Positions 40,104 to 51,462 of a DNA stretch of 64,000 bases are shown here, piece after piece. How positions within the stretch are numbered: the first letter of the stretch is position 1; each line of letters begins with the position of its first letter. The notes beneath the pieces are model-generated. The model was given only the letters and a program-made list of their open reading frames with translations, searched no databases and was not told the DNA's origin. This DNA comes from Octopus sinensis (lineage: Eukaryota). The stretch is taken from NCBI RefSeq assembly GCF_006345805.1, contig NC_043010.1:42222001-42286000 (forward strand), read 5' to 3'. A program made the translations under genes and the position numbers.

Positions 40104-40370
40104 AGAAAATGGATGTAATAGCAAGGGGAAACTCGTGGTTTTCGCTGGTATGCCCTTAATTTAATTAGATAACAAAGAAGAAGGAAGCAGAGAATATAGA
40201 TAGATGCATCTATTTATATTCGCATTCTGAAGAGATTTACTTAAACCAGTAAATCGAAACGATCGTAAATGCTATGTTCATCTCTGCTTTCTCCTTCTTT
40301 ATTATCTAATTAAATTAAAGGCATACCAGCGAAAGCCATGAGTTTCCACTTGTTATTACATCCATTTTCT
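40104..40370 (+). mobile_element. 267-nt foldback element with a hammerhead ribozyme in its loop
   Basis: 40104-40193 is the reverse complement of 40281-40370 with 8 substitutions and no gaps; both ends run into TA-rich sequence. Confidence 0.9.
40222..40272 (+). ncRNA. Type I hammerhead ribozyme, fully canonical
   Basis: gcatt-CTGAAGA-gatttact-taaacc-agtaaatc-GAAAC-gatc-GTA-aatgc: 5-bp stem I, 8-bp stem II, palindromic acgatcgt over stem III; predicted cleavage after 40267. Confidence 0.93.
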
Positions 40371-40544
40371 TCTATATAACCTAAACTAAGGTTTATCAAC
40401 CGAGCCACCTGCTACCGTACCACCTAACAAAAGATTTTACCTACCCAGGTAATAACCAGGAGCGACTTTGGATTTAATTATCCCTTAGCGGTATTAAACC
40501 CCTCTAAATGATACCTACACTATATATATATATATATATATATA

Positions 40545-40937
40545 TATTTCTTTATTGCCCACAGGGGGATAAACACAAAGGGGACAAAAAAAGGGATTAA
40601 ATCGATTACATCGACCCCCACCAGTGTGTAACTGGTACTTATTTAATCGACCCCGAAAGGATGAAAAGCAAAGTCGACCACTGCGGAATTTGAACCCAAG
40701 ACGTAACGGCAGACGAAATACCTATTTCTTTACTACCCACAAGGGGCTAAACACAGAGGGAACAAACAAGGACAGATAAACGGATTAAGTCGATTATATC
40801 GACTCCAGTGCGTAACTGGTACTTATTTAATCGACCCCGAAAGGATGAAAGGCAAAGTCGACCTCGGCGGAATTTGAACTCAGAACGTAACGGCAGCCGA
40901 AATACCTGCTAAGCATTTCGCCCGGCGTGCTAACGAT
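40545..40937 (-). mobile_element. SINE family A tandem dimer, 5' end clipped
   Basis: Two head-to-tail body units joined at 40722/40723 (minus strand aaagaaata|ggtatttcg). Confidence 0.88.
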
Positions 40938-42118
40938 AGAGAGAGAGAGAGGGAGAGGGAGAGAGAGAGAGAGGGAGAGAGAGAGGGAGAGAGAGAGAGA
41001 GGGGGGAGAGAGAGAGGGGCAGCTAGCAACAGTAATAATGCGCAATTTTTTAAGACAGCTTATTTTTGTGAGGAAGTCTAATATAGAATTAGTTGTAATA
41101 ATTCCTGATGAAAACACCAAAATGTATCATATTCTCATAGAACATACAAGTACACTGTAAGAAGGGATTCAAAGGACTCTTAAAAATAACAATCAAACAA
41201 ACAAAAACGTATGTGTATAATATTGAATAGCCAGGCTCATTTGAGTAGAGTTGGCGCTTCCCTAACTTGAAATGTTCATTGAATTACATGCAATATTAAA
41301 CTGCAGATTGGCTGTGAAATTTCGCAAGCTGAAAGTGTAACCAATAAATAACAAGTAGTGGAGCTTACAGAGATGCATAATATAAAAGAAAACAAGAAAT
41401 GTTTGTCCATTTCTATCAGTAATTAGCTGTGATATATCTCATTTAAACATCCCTAGGAAGCTAGTAGCAAGCTTACCATAAGAGTGAATTGATCTTTTTG
41501 GTTAGACCATGTTACGAGAGGAAAAAATGAGATTAATGCTGGGTAGTGCTGTAATTGACGAAAATTGCCTTCGCTAAAAAAACTGCGAAGTAGAAATATT
41601 GAATATTTCAAAGAAAATACCAATAATATAGGAGATTGTGGTAAAGAAAATGGAGTAAAAGAGGGGAATATGGAATGAAATTTGGTAAATGGCATTCTCA
41701 ATGAAGGCATAAGGAGAAGAAAATAAAAATAATAGGATACATTATCGTTATATCTACATATAAAAAATATATTTATAAAAAATTATGGAAAATTTAGAGA
41801 TGAAATATAAAAAGTGATGAGAACCAGTATTGCATGTGGGTGATAGTACAAGAAAATAACAATTTCAAGAGATAAATAAACCGATTCTTTAACTTAAACG
41901 AAAGAAATGACTGACCCATAGAAATATACGTCACAGTTTCTCTCAAACGCATATACCTAAGTATTATAATTCGTTAAAAATGTGCGAGAAAACACACATA
42001 TTCATGCACGCATTATCTTTGAATAAAAAATGTTAAACTACAAATAAAAAAGAATGTTGACGAGATTTATTAATGTTTGAAGTAATGTTTAAAAGAATTA
42101 AAGGGGGAGCTAAAATGA

Positions 42119-42285
42119 ATGATTCTGAGAAACCCCAACCCACCCTTGATAGAAAGAGATAAAAAAAACAGCAGCAGCGAACTGAAAAAAATAATGCCAA
42201 GAATCCGAACTGGCATTATACGACTGGAGAATGATAAAATAACCTCAGTGAATTTCCATCAAGAGAGCATAAGCCAAGTTCTGAG
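42119..42285 (+). CDS. Candidate first coding exon of an unidentified gene (MILRNPNPPLIERDKKNSSSELKKIMPRIRTGIIRLENDKITSVNFHQESISQVL, phase 2)
   Basis: ATG at 42119 (second in-frame ATG at 42194) open for 55 codons up to a consensus donor GAG|GTAAGT at 42285; unique, non-repetitive sequence. No homology recognised. Confidence 0.35.
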
Positions 42286-43189
42286 GTAAGTTTGTGTTAA
42301 ATGTTTTAATATTTATACATATCCAAAAATCCCCCATCACGAGGAAGAAAAGAATGTTTGCATAATATAAATTAATCAATATTTGTATCAAATTATCAAT
42401 ATGTGAGAAAAGGGGAGTTAGAGGAAGCGTGTGTACATGTATGTATGTGTGTGTGTTTAAGCGTTTATCTTACCCAATCGCTATTGATCAAAGAAAAGTG
42501 TAACAGCTAGTATAGTGCACCAATAAAATTAAGTGGCTTGCTCAAGGATCAAATACAAAATACGGGCTGCTGTAGTAAATTATTCATTTTCATAGATCTA
42601 TACAGCTAAATTTAATGCACGCGCGCGCACGCAAATACACTAAAGTAAGCTCAAAGTCATCGATACACGCATTCACATACTAAAAAACAGAAACGCGTAG
42701 TCGCACACGCAGATACATACACAAAAGGCAGCGTTTTACTTTCTATCACATTTGGTCAAAAATAGAGTCGTTGGTTGCCTGTTTCCACTGCTCCGATTAG
42801 TCACCATTTTTTTTTTTCTTTTTTGAGATCTTCGTGTTAGATCCATTATCGTAAGACTGGTCACGAATATTTTCAAGTGACAGCTTATGTTCATTTGGGA
42901 TTTGTATTTTGTTGAACAAGATCACGGATCAACAGTAGTTATCTGTCGATAAAATGTTTAAAATATTTCGTACTGTTTTTCACTACAACACGGACAGAAC
43001 CAGAATTACCGGCTGGTCCACATCATGTGCCAGTCAGGCGTCCAGTCAACAATAATAGAATAGTGTTTTGTGTCATGAATATTAATTTAATTCACAATTT
43101 AAACTTTGCATATGTTTTCGTATGATTTCGTTTAATTCTTCATACGAAGCTTTTGGATAGATAACTGTTTACTTTTTAAGTCTTGCATT

Positions 43190-43700
43190 TCTCGAAATGT
43201 TCACATAAAAATGGACAAAAATCTACAATAAGTTCAATGACTCCGATGAAGAGAACATTATTTAGTGAGCTCCACTTCTCCTCATTATATCTAAATGTCA
43301 AACTTATCACATGTAAAATCTTTATAACAGCTTAATCTTCTGACAGTACTTCAAAAGAGTAATAATAGTTTTTGTTCTGCTTTTTATATTCTTGATTCAC
43401 AGTATTTTTATTTGTCAACATATTACCTTATGTTCCATATTGTCTTCATGATCTTTCCACAGTTCTGAGTACATTCATCCAGTCAAGAAATCCAACTATT
43501 GTGTATGATGTTCAGGATTTAGAAATGAGTTTGCAAACAAAAGTGCATAGACAGCCTTTGTTCTTCGAGTAGATTAACCAGTATCTCATCAGAGTTTAGC
43601 CATTTTCAATATTTTTCTTTTTTCCAAAATACTTTATTTGAGAAACATCTGTTTTACCCCTAAAACAATCCTACTAGATTTGTTATTTTCTCCATCTGTG
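43190..43700 (-). mobile_element. hAT transposase relic (TTF-type zinc finger and adjacent region)
   Basis: Minus strand RYWLIYSKNKGCLCTFVCKL, GFLDWMN, (frameshift) DHEDNMEH, then LFIGVIELIVDFCP, matching RxWLxYS..CF.C.LF..GF..W..HE.S..H and the NFLGL.ELL..FDP block. Confidence 0.7.
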
Positions 43701-44560
43701 TCTCTTTTGCCCCATTTTATTCCACCCCGAGTCTGAAGTTGATATCTTACATTAAGCAATTCTATATGAAATAATTATCAAATGTTATTGACAAATTTGT
43801 GAGCTCACTATGGTCTCTGAAATCACTGAATTTGTCTGTTTTTTGGGGGGGCGGGGGCGATGATATTCCTTTTCTCTCTCTCTCTTTATTCCGCAATTCT
43901 TCGTGTCAAGCGCTATAATTCTCATTTGTATCAAAAGTGGCAACAGCGAGTTGAAAGCTGCTAGAAAGAGCCCCCACGGTTTGTACAGTATCACTGAGTT
44001 CACTGGTGCTTGGTTGGCTTGATCTAGCTGTAAATGTTGACAAATTTGACATTGTAAAACAGTCTGTCAGCTTTTGATATTTAGAAATCTCATCAGATCG
44101 CTTTTTTCTTGAGCTTACGTTTTTTGTATTCAGTTAAGTATTTTTGTGAACTCGTTGTTCCATTGGGGCGTTAACGTTTTTTTAAAAGCGATGGAAAAGT
44201 CCCTAGTCACAACAGGACAGAGTTTGATTTTGGTAGGCGAATAACACTGAAACATGTGCAGAATATTTTTCATTTAAGTCTCCAAGTCATGAATCATATT
44301 CAGACCTACGGAACAAAAATATTCAGTGACGGAATAAAAATATAAATTAAACACTTCTTAAATTATTCCAACAAAGCTAATTGTGTTACAATTATTGATT
44401 TGTAAATGTTGTTTTGTGCAAGCTGCATAAATCAAAAGTTAAATGAAATATTTCAGTATATCTTTCATTTCTTTATAAGGGTTATTAGTACGTCACAAAA
44501 ACTCGTGCATGCAATTGAACTGAAGACAACTGATACTCACTATAAACTATATAAATATGG

Positions 44561-44861
44561 TGGAGGCACATGGCTTAGTGGTTAGAGCAGCGGATTCGTG
44601 GCCGAGGGATTGCGGGTTCGAATCTCGGACCGAGCGGTGCGTGTGTTTATGAGCGAAACACCTAAGCTCCACGCGGCTCCGGCAGAAGGTAATGGCGTTC
44701 TTCTGCTGACTCTTTCGCCATAACTTTCTCTCACTCTTTCCTCCTGCATCTTGCAGCTCACCTGCGACGGACCGGCGTCCCGTCCAGGTGGGTAATCTAT
44801 ACGCCAATGAAACCGAGAAACCGGCCCTTATGAGCCAGGCATGGCTCGAGAAGGAACAAAC
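44561..44861 (+). mobile_element. tRNA-derived SINE with TSD
   Basis: A box tggcttagtgg, B box ggttcgaatct; body shared with 37976-38361 but different 3' tail; 12-bp TSD atataaatatgg at 44549-44560 and 44862-44873. Confidence 0.9.
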
Positions 44862-45312
44862 ATATAAATATGGCATAGTAGTTTATTGCTCTAAAAACGT
44901 AATGTGTTCACTATAAAACTGATTCTGATTTAGGGTGCAAAGCCAGACATTTTTAAAGTTGGGTGTAATGACCTGTTATCTAATTAATACTCTTTCTTAT
45001 CAACCCAGGAGGAATGACATAAAGCTAGATTTGAACTAGAATGTAAAAAGGATTTGGACGCAGAATGTAAAAAGACGAGCAGAAATGCTACACAGCTTAT
45101 CTGATGCTGTAACAATTCTGTCAGTTCATCGCCCTCTATATTAATATTCTAAGTTATTAACTAAGATAAACATTAACTCCATTGCTTGTGGTCGCTATGT
45201 CACTCGTTCTAAATGATAAATGAGAAAACTAAGAACTCGTGTTAATCATATTTCTCTGAAATGCCGAAATTCATTTAATTATTCACACATTTTTATAATA
45301 TTTGATGCCACA

Positions 45313-45521
45313 AAGGTGGAAAGCGGACAGAATCGTTAGGACGCTGGGCAAAATGATTAGCGACACTTTGTCGTTCTGAGTTCAAATTCTGCCGAGGTCG
45401 ACCATGCTTTTTATATATCCTTTCGGAGTCGATAAAATAAGTACCAGTCGAGTACTAGGGTCGATGCAATCGCTTTACCTCCGCCCCCGAAATTGGTGGC
45501 CTTGTGCCAAACTTTGAAACC
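45313..45521 (+). mobile_element. SINE family A variant
   Basis: cagaatcgttagg head, ctgagttcaaattctgccgaggtcgac, ggccttgtgccaaactttgaaacc tail. Confidence 0.85.
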
Positions 45522-46133
45522 AATATGTAATGTCATTTATAGATGTCAATGAGCAGGCCAGATGCCAGGTTTTGGTGCTCGTTTCAAATCTTTCTCTCTT
45601 TGCACTAATTCATAACAATTCTGAGATGGAGATGGAGAAACAGTACTCCAAGATTTTTTTTTCTGTATAAAAGCATTAAAAGTATTAGTATTCCAAATAG
45701 GATTTTTTAATTATTATCAATTGATAGACCTTATTAAGAGGGAAAAGAAAAAATTAAAGAAACATTTTAAAATTTCAAATGGAAAAATATTTTAATTTGA
45801 ATTGGAACTAATAAATATTAATATCAAACAAAATTAAATAAAAATGCTTTAAAGTACAGCAAAGAATTACAATTATTACACATTTTGAAAACAGACTTAA
45901 AATAAACAAAGACTATTGTATTGAATTCTCTGATATCTTAATCTCAGCTGAAAAAAAGATGCCGGGCAGTTCAGAAATATAAAGAACTGTTTATATTTCA
46001 ACCTAAAATCCGTTTGAAGAATACTTCGATGTCAAAGTGAATAAGCGATTCAGGTATTGAGCAAGGCGAAATATTTGTACGTATATGAATGTACCTGTAT
46101 GTATTTATTTGTCATCGAAAGTAAGGGTGTTAT

Positions 46134-46316
46134 GGCTGTGGAGCAAGAAGTCTGCTTCCCAACCACACAATTCTGAATTCAGTCCCAATGTGTGGGACTT
46201 GAGGAAAATGTGACCCACTATAGCCTCGGGCCGACCAAAGCCTTCTGAATGGAATCGGTAGACAGAAATTGAAAGAAGCTCGTCGTATATGTGAGTGTAT
46301 GTGTGCGTGTATGTAA
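46134..46316 (+). mobile_element. SINE family B, 5' half
   Basis: ggctgtgg head, ctatagcctcgggccgaccaaagcc body; ends at its internal TG tract. Confidence 0.8.
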
Positions 46317-46326
46317 CAGCCCTTAA

Positions 46327-46520
46327 GGATCTTTACCTTTTGATCGACAGATTTAGAAAATAATTTTTTGTAACTGAACACTTTCAAACTTCGGACACTG
46401 GTAGAATGTGTCATATAAAACATCTTTAATTCTTAGCGTTTTTGAGAAAAGTTTTTGTTACGAAGTTATTTCGTGTTAAAGTTCTCATATTTCGGTAATT
46501 TCAACAAATCAATGACGTGT
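46327..46520. mobile_element. One-ended relative of the 5688-6118 MITE
   Basis: ggatctttacc..gatcgacaga terminus and aaacttcg.acactggtagaatgtgt match the reverse complement of 5930-6118. Confidence 0.7.
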
Positions 46521-46549
46521 ATTCAGCTGAATAAAATTACTGCCGTTGG

Positions 46550-47100
46550 TTGTCAACAACAACTATCGGCAGTGTGTATTTCGTTTGTCAACACAACAAA
46601 AACTGGCAGATACGAACAAATGCATTTGAGCAACAATACTCAAACACCACCCCCAACCACAGATACACTAACATTGTCAACATCATTCCCCATCACTATC
46701 ATATTCACCACCACTGTCATCAAACACCACTACTACAAGCTCAACCTAATTCGCAACAGTCTGGTCACAAATCCCAGCACGAACAAAATTTAAACATCAT
46801 CAACTACACTACCAACAAAGCACTAATGGAATATATGCACAACCATACAGACATCACTCAGAGCAATTTCATCATATCGATAGCCACCATATCTACACAT
46901 AAAAATCATACAAATACATCAAAACATATAACATTAAAAAACATATACCCTGATAGCGTAAGAAATTTGACTAAAAAACGTTAAAAAAAGACTTTACAAA
47001 GAACTGCTTGTGGGAATGCCTACATCTAACTAGAGTCAGACCACCTATCCCCGTTTCTCACAAAACACGGTATATAAGTAGCTATCTCTCCTCCGTTTAA
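46550..47100 (+). mobile_element. Possible decayed Penelope-like 3' region (A/C-rich)
   Basis: ALMEYMHNH..ITLKNIYPDS resembles the end of PLE GIY-YIG domains, followed by tatataag; similarity is weak. Confidence 0.3.
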
Positions 47101-47139
47101 TTCATTGTCCAACATGGCCTTGCTCAGAATGGGCAATAT

Positions 47140-47450
47140 AGATGTAGTGTCCTCTTGGCGTCTTGGAAAGAGAGCCACCCACTCAATGACCTAAGGTCAT
47201 TAAGTTTAGATGTCATGGCTGTCTGTAAGGCCAGCTTTCGTGCCCATTTTCAGTGGATACGAGATTTACATATCTCCATGTTAACCGGGAATGTGGGGTG
47301 GACCTGCGGTGCTGTTTTGGAGAGCTCTGTATCTCAAGATAAAGGCCAACTTCCTGGACCCAGACGGCAAATTAGTCGTCCTGGATGAGAACAGTATCGA
47401 TGAGGGAGCTTTCTGACTGGTGGCTGTTTAGGTGCAGCAAGTTCATGGCA
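47140..47450 (+). mobile_element. Possible L1/Tx1 LINE 3' relic
   Basis: SLDVMAVCKASFRAHFQW..SSVSQDKGQL loosely resembles Tx1/L1 ORF2 C-termini; GC-richer block. Confidence 0.3.
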
Positions 47451-47532
47451 GTAAAATAACCACAAGGGAATGTGAACGGGATTTTGATGGAAAACAGGAA
47501 CAAAAGTTAATACATCATACATACGTAGCTAG

Positions 47533-47554
47533 CCAAATAGATAGATATATATAT

Positions 47555-47634
<80 letters not shown>

Positions 47635-47721
47635 GTAAGTAGGTAGGTAGGTAGGTAGGTAGGTAGGTAGGTAGGTAGGTAGTAGGTAGGTAGGTAGGTA
47701 TTTAGATAGATAGATAGAGAG

Positions 47722-47801
<80 letters not shown>
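47533..47801. repeat. (GATA)n-(GGTA)n-(GATA)n compound microsatellite
   Basis: Direct observation. Confidence 0.95.
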
Positions 47802-48049
47802 GTATTTCCTGTATGTTTTCAGCACTTTTCTCTTTTTTTAATTTTGTTACTTTTGTGGTTGTCGCTTTCGTACGTGTTGTTTCTTTTTGTTGTTTTTATC
47901 CAGTTTCAGTGTTTCCGTTTTCATTAACGTCCAAAGGGAATTTTCCCTTTGTAGCATACTCTCTAGTGAAATTCCTCTCCTTTCTATTATTTATACATAC
48001 ATACGAACGTAGTAGATAATAGCTAACCTTTGGCCGCAATTTTGGACCC

Positions 48050-48262
48050 CGTTGTGTCCACTACTCTGATTGGTTAGTATTGGCGCAATTTGTTTCTTAC
48101 TCTATCGCGCCAATACGCAGCGTATAACCAATCGAAGACCTTAAATAGGGTCACGTGTGACAGCCTGTTCTCAACTCAGTTTTAAGCCTACAACTCCATC
48201 GTCCTCACGTCAGCAACTCTCTACGTACACAATTCAATAAGCAACTCGCCCTGGTTACAACA
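48050..48262 (+). mobile_element. Possible solo LTR or promoter-like module
   Basis: cgttgt..acaaca inverted ends, four CCAAT boxes in inverted pairs, ttaaata TATA-like motif, cacgtg E-box, aataag; no TSD found. Confidence 0.4.
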
Positions 48263-49649
48263 CTGCATTGTTCGTGAATTACTTCACCAGCAAATATACA
48301 ACCTGCGAGAACTCCTGTACCAAGTGACCCAGGCAGCAGCATCAAAGCCACAACTTCACGTACGACATTGCCGCAATTTCTTGACACAGTATTTCAATTA
48401 TCGTGTAAATTGACTACGAACAGATATTTATCATTCTTGTGTCTCTGGACTTACTCCTCAATTCGATGGCTATAGACTCTTTCCCTGTCTCTTCTTCATC
48501 GCAATCCTTATAGGTTCTTGACACGTATACGTCTATACCTACATACACACGCATACATCTTATTCTTATGGCGGCCTATCTATTATTCTGTATACATGAT
48601 GCACACACAGTCGCACATGTTAACATATCAATAAATCTTCTCTAAAACATTCTACCCAGTTGTGTCTCTTTTTTTCCCTCTGGCACATATATGCATTGCT
48701 CTATTTATATTTATTGTATCGACCGTGTTATATACTAAGGAATCATTCTCGTCTCCTCACTTCGCACGGATGTTACAAATTGGTGACCCGTTCCAGCTCC
48801 TGGAAACTACAAAAATAATTATAATGGGGGAAGGAGATACTCCACAGATATCATAAACCTTTCATTCATTCCATTATACTTTCTTTGGCCTCTGTACACT
48901 TTTGTTTATTTGTTTTCGTATTGAGAAAATTTGTTAGAAGTATCAAAACTTCAGATACTATTTGATGAAGATTTTTATAAATATTACTAAAGCCGAAGGT
49001 GCAAAAACATTCATTTATTAAAATACAATTGTTTCTGAACTCTTACAAGATTAGAGTTGCTGAAAATTAACCATCATTAGTTTTATAGTAAATCCACCAT
49101 TGCATTTGAGTGCGCACGTGTACGTGTGAAGCGGGGAGGAGAGGATAAAAAGAGCAGTAATAATAGAAACCGGCTTATAGAACAAGAACAACATATGGGA
49201 GATAACAGAGATGACGACACCACACATGCGTGCGTGTGTGTGTATGTGTGTGTGTTGTGTGGGGGGGGGGTGAGCGCGTTCGCACGAATGTTCGTGTATC
49301 CACGTGCGTGCGATTGAATGTTATAATGAACGTAAATATACACGTGAGCAAAAATACATCTAGAATTACAAAGCCAGTTCTGACAGCTATCATGGCCTGC
49401 GCAGGTAATTATCCTTTTCATAATATATACTTATATTTCTTCTACTACAGCCCCAGTGAACTGGTTGAGGGAAACTGCATGACAAGCTGTCATATATAAA
49501 TATATATATATATGTTAAAATGTGTGTTGACTTGATGACGTCACTGTGATAACGGTTCGGCAAAAAGATTGCTGGAATAAGTCCCAGACTTTAAAATAAC
49601 TACTAGGGTTGATTTGCAAGACTACAGACTTTCAGGCGGTACCCCAGCT

Positions 49650-49727
<78 letters not shown>

Positions 49728-50683
49728 TAAAGATTCAAATATAATTAACAAGCCTCGCCAGTTGATATCAACAGAAATATTATAAATTTTTAAACAGGTT
49801 CTAATCACTTATGTTCACCATCCCAGTAAATAGACCACGACATTATCGCTCAGCCAGTTAGAAATAGCAATCGAATTTTAGGTATAGGCATAGATTCATA
49901 CAGATTCATACATTGTGTACAAGTGATTGTAATACATTGAAAAGGGGAAGGGGGAATGAATTACATCTTTCAGTATACGAATTCATAAGTTCAGTGATTG
50001 AAAAATGTTCATAAAAGTGCACTGATCTGACTAATCGGATCCAGCCCTCGGCCTTTTATTTGGCATCCCATCTCCATGTGGTCGTTCAGATTGGTATAAA
50101 CAGTAACCAAATCTCACTCAAAACCAACCGTTTTAAAAATGGATACATTAAATAGAGTAAACCTAAAAGGTTTGATGGTCATGACAGGAATGACGTTGAT
50201 CATAATTATACTATATGAAGGTTGACTTGGGGCTTGATAACAACAACAAAATCGGTTAGCTACTCGAACCATTGAGGCTGCCTTGCGTGTTCATTCCACC
50301 TCCTAGAAATAGCAGCCAACTTTTCAAATTTTCTCTACAATCATAAAGCAATGAAATATTCTATAATGTAATCTTAAAGTGTGCCTGGAATAAAGAACCT
50401 TTGACTGACCTTATCATACCACTGGACAAGAATAATTATAGGAAATTCTTTTGTTAAGACCATCGGTTTTGAGGTACGGAGAATGGAGAAAAGTCGATTG
50501 TAATCTATTTAAATTCTATATATGGTGCTTATTTTATGAGAGTTGGTTATAGCATCGATGTTCGGCTTACTTTTATTTTAGTGCGTTTTATCTAGATGAA
50601 ACATAAATTGAATCCTTGCCAGATTTGAACTCAGAATGTAAAAGAATATAGCTAAATACCAAATTGCATTTAGTTCAGCACGC

Positions 50684-50736
<53 letters not shown>

Positions 50737-51462
50737 CTATCTCTCTCTTTCTCTCTCTGTTCTATATTTCATATAAGCACTATACATCAATTAGTCTTAC
50801 GTAAATTAGCAAGCAAGTATCAATTGCATAAAGTTTTATTCTAATCCCATGCGGTAACATCAAAGGTACATATCAATAGTAACCATACATAAAGTGATTT
50901 CCAGAGTTATTTTACACATAGGTAAAATTTCCATTATGTTGATTGTTGATATACATCGTATATTCACGACAGAGAACCAACCAAATCAAAAATTGTTTAT
51001 TCAATGCAGAATATAATCTTAAAGATCTGGAATTAGAGAAGAGTTAATTCGACACGACAAGAGTTTTATAAAATTAGACTACAGCTGTTTCGTTTTCTGT
51101 TCCTGTTTAAAACGTCATTCTTTCAAACATCAATATCACTAATCTTATTAAGCAATTTGGATTCTTTTTTTCTTTTGTAATTTATATTAATTATTCAAGG
51201 TAAAATCTAAATCAACAGGACACAATTTTATAAACATGTAACTATTACATTGGTTGGTAGCCAAATGGTAGTCGTTTGAGTGCTAGATTGATTACTTTGT
51301 AGTAATCGTTCTGTCTTTCTATGCTCTTTGTTCAAATTCTACCGAGGTCAACATTACTTTTCATTCTTTCTGGATCGATATATAAAGTACTAGTCCTATA
51401 CTAGAATCAATTTCTCTCTTTCTCTCACTCTTTCTTTCTGTCTGATATTTCTCTCAAAAATA

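Noticed and set aside
43561-43595. Minus-strand CTGATGA near GAAG
   Set aside because: No GAAA and no stem II; it is coding sequence of the hAT relic.
47630-47645. AG|GTAAGT motif
   Set aside because: Arises at the GATA/GGTA microsatellite junction, with no pyrimidine tract.
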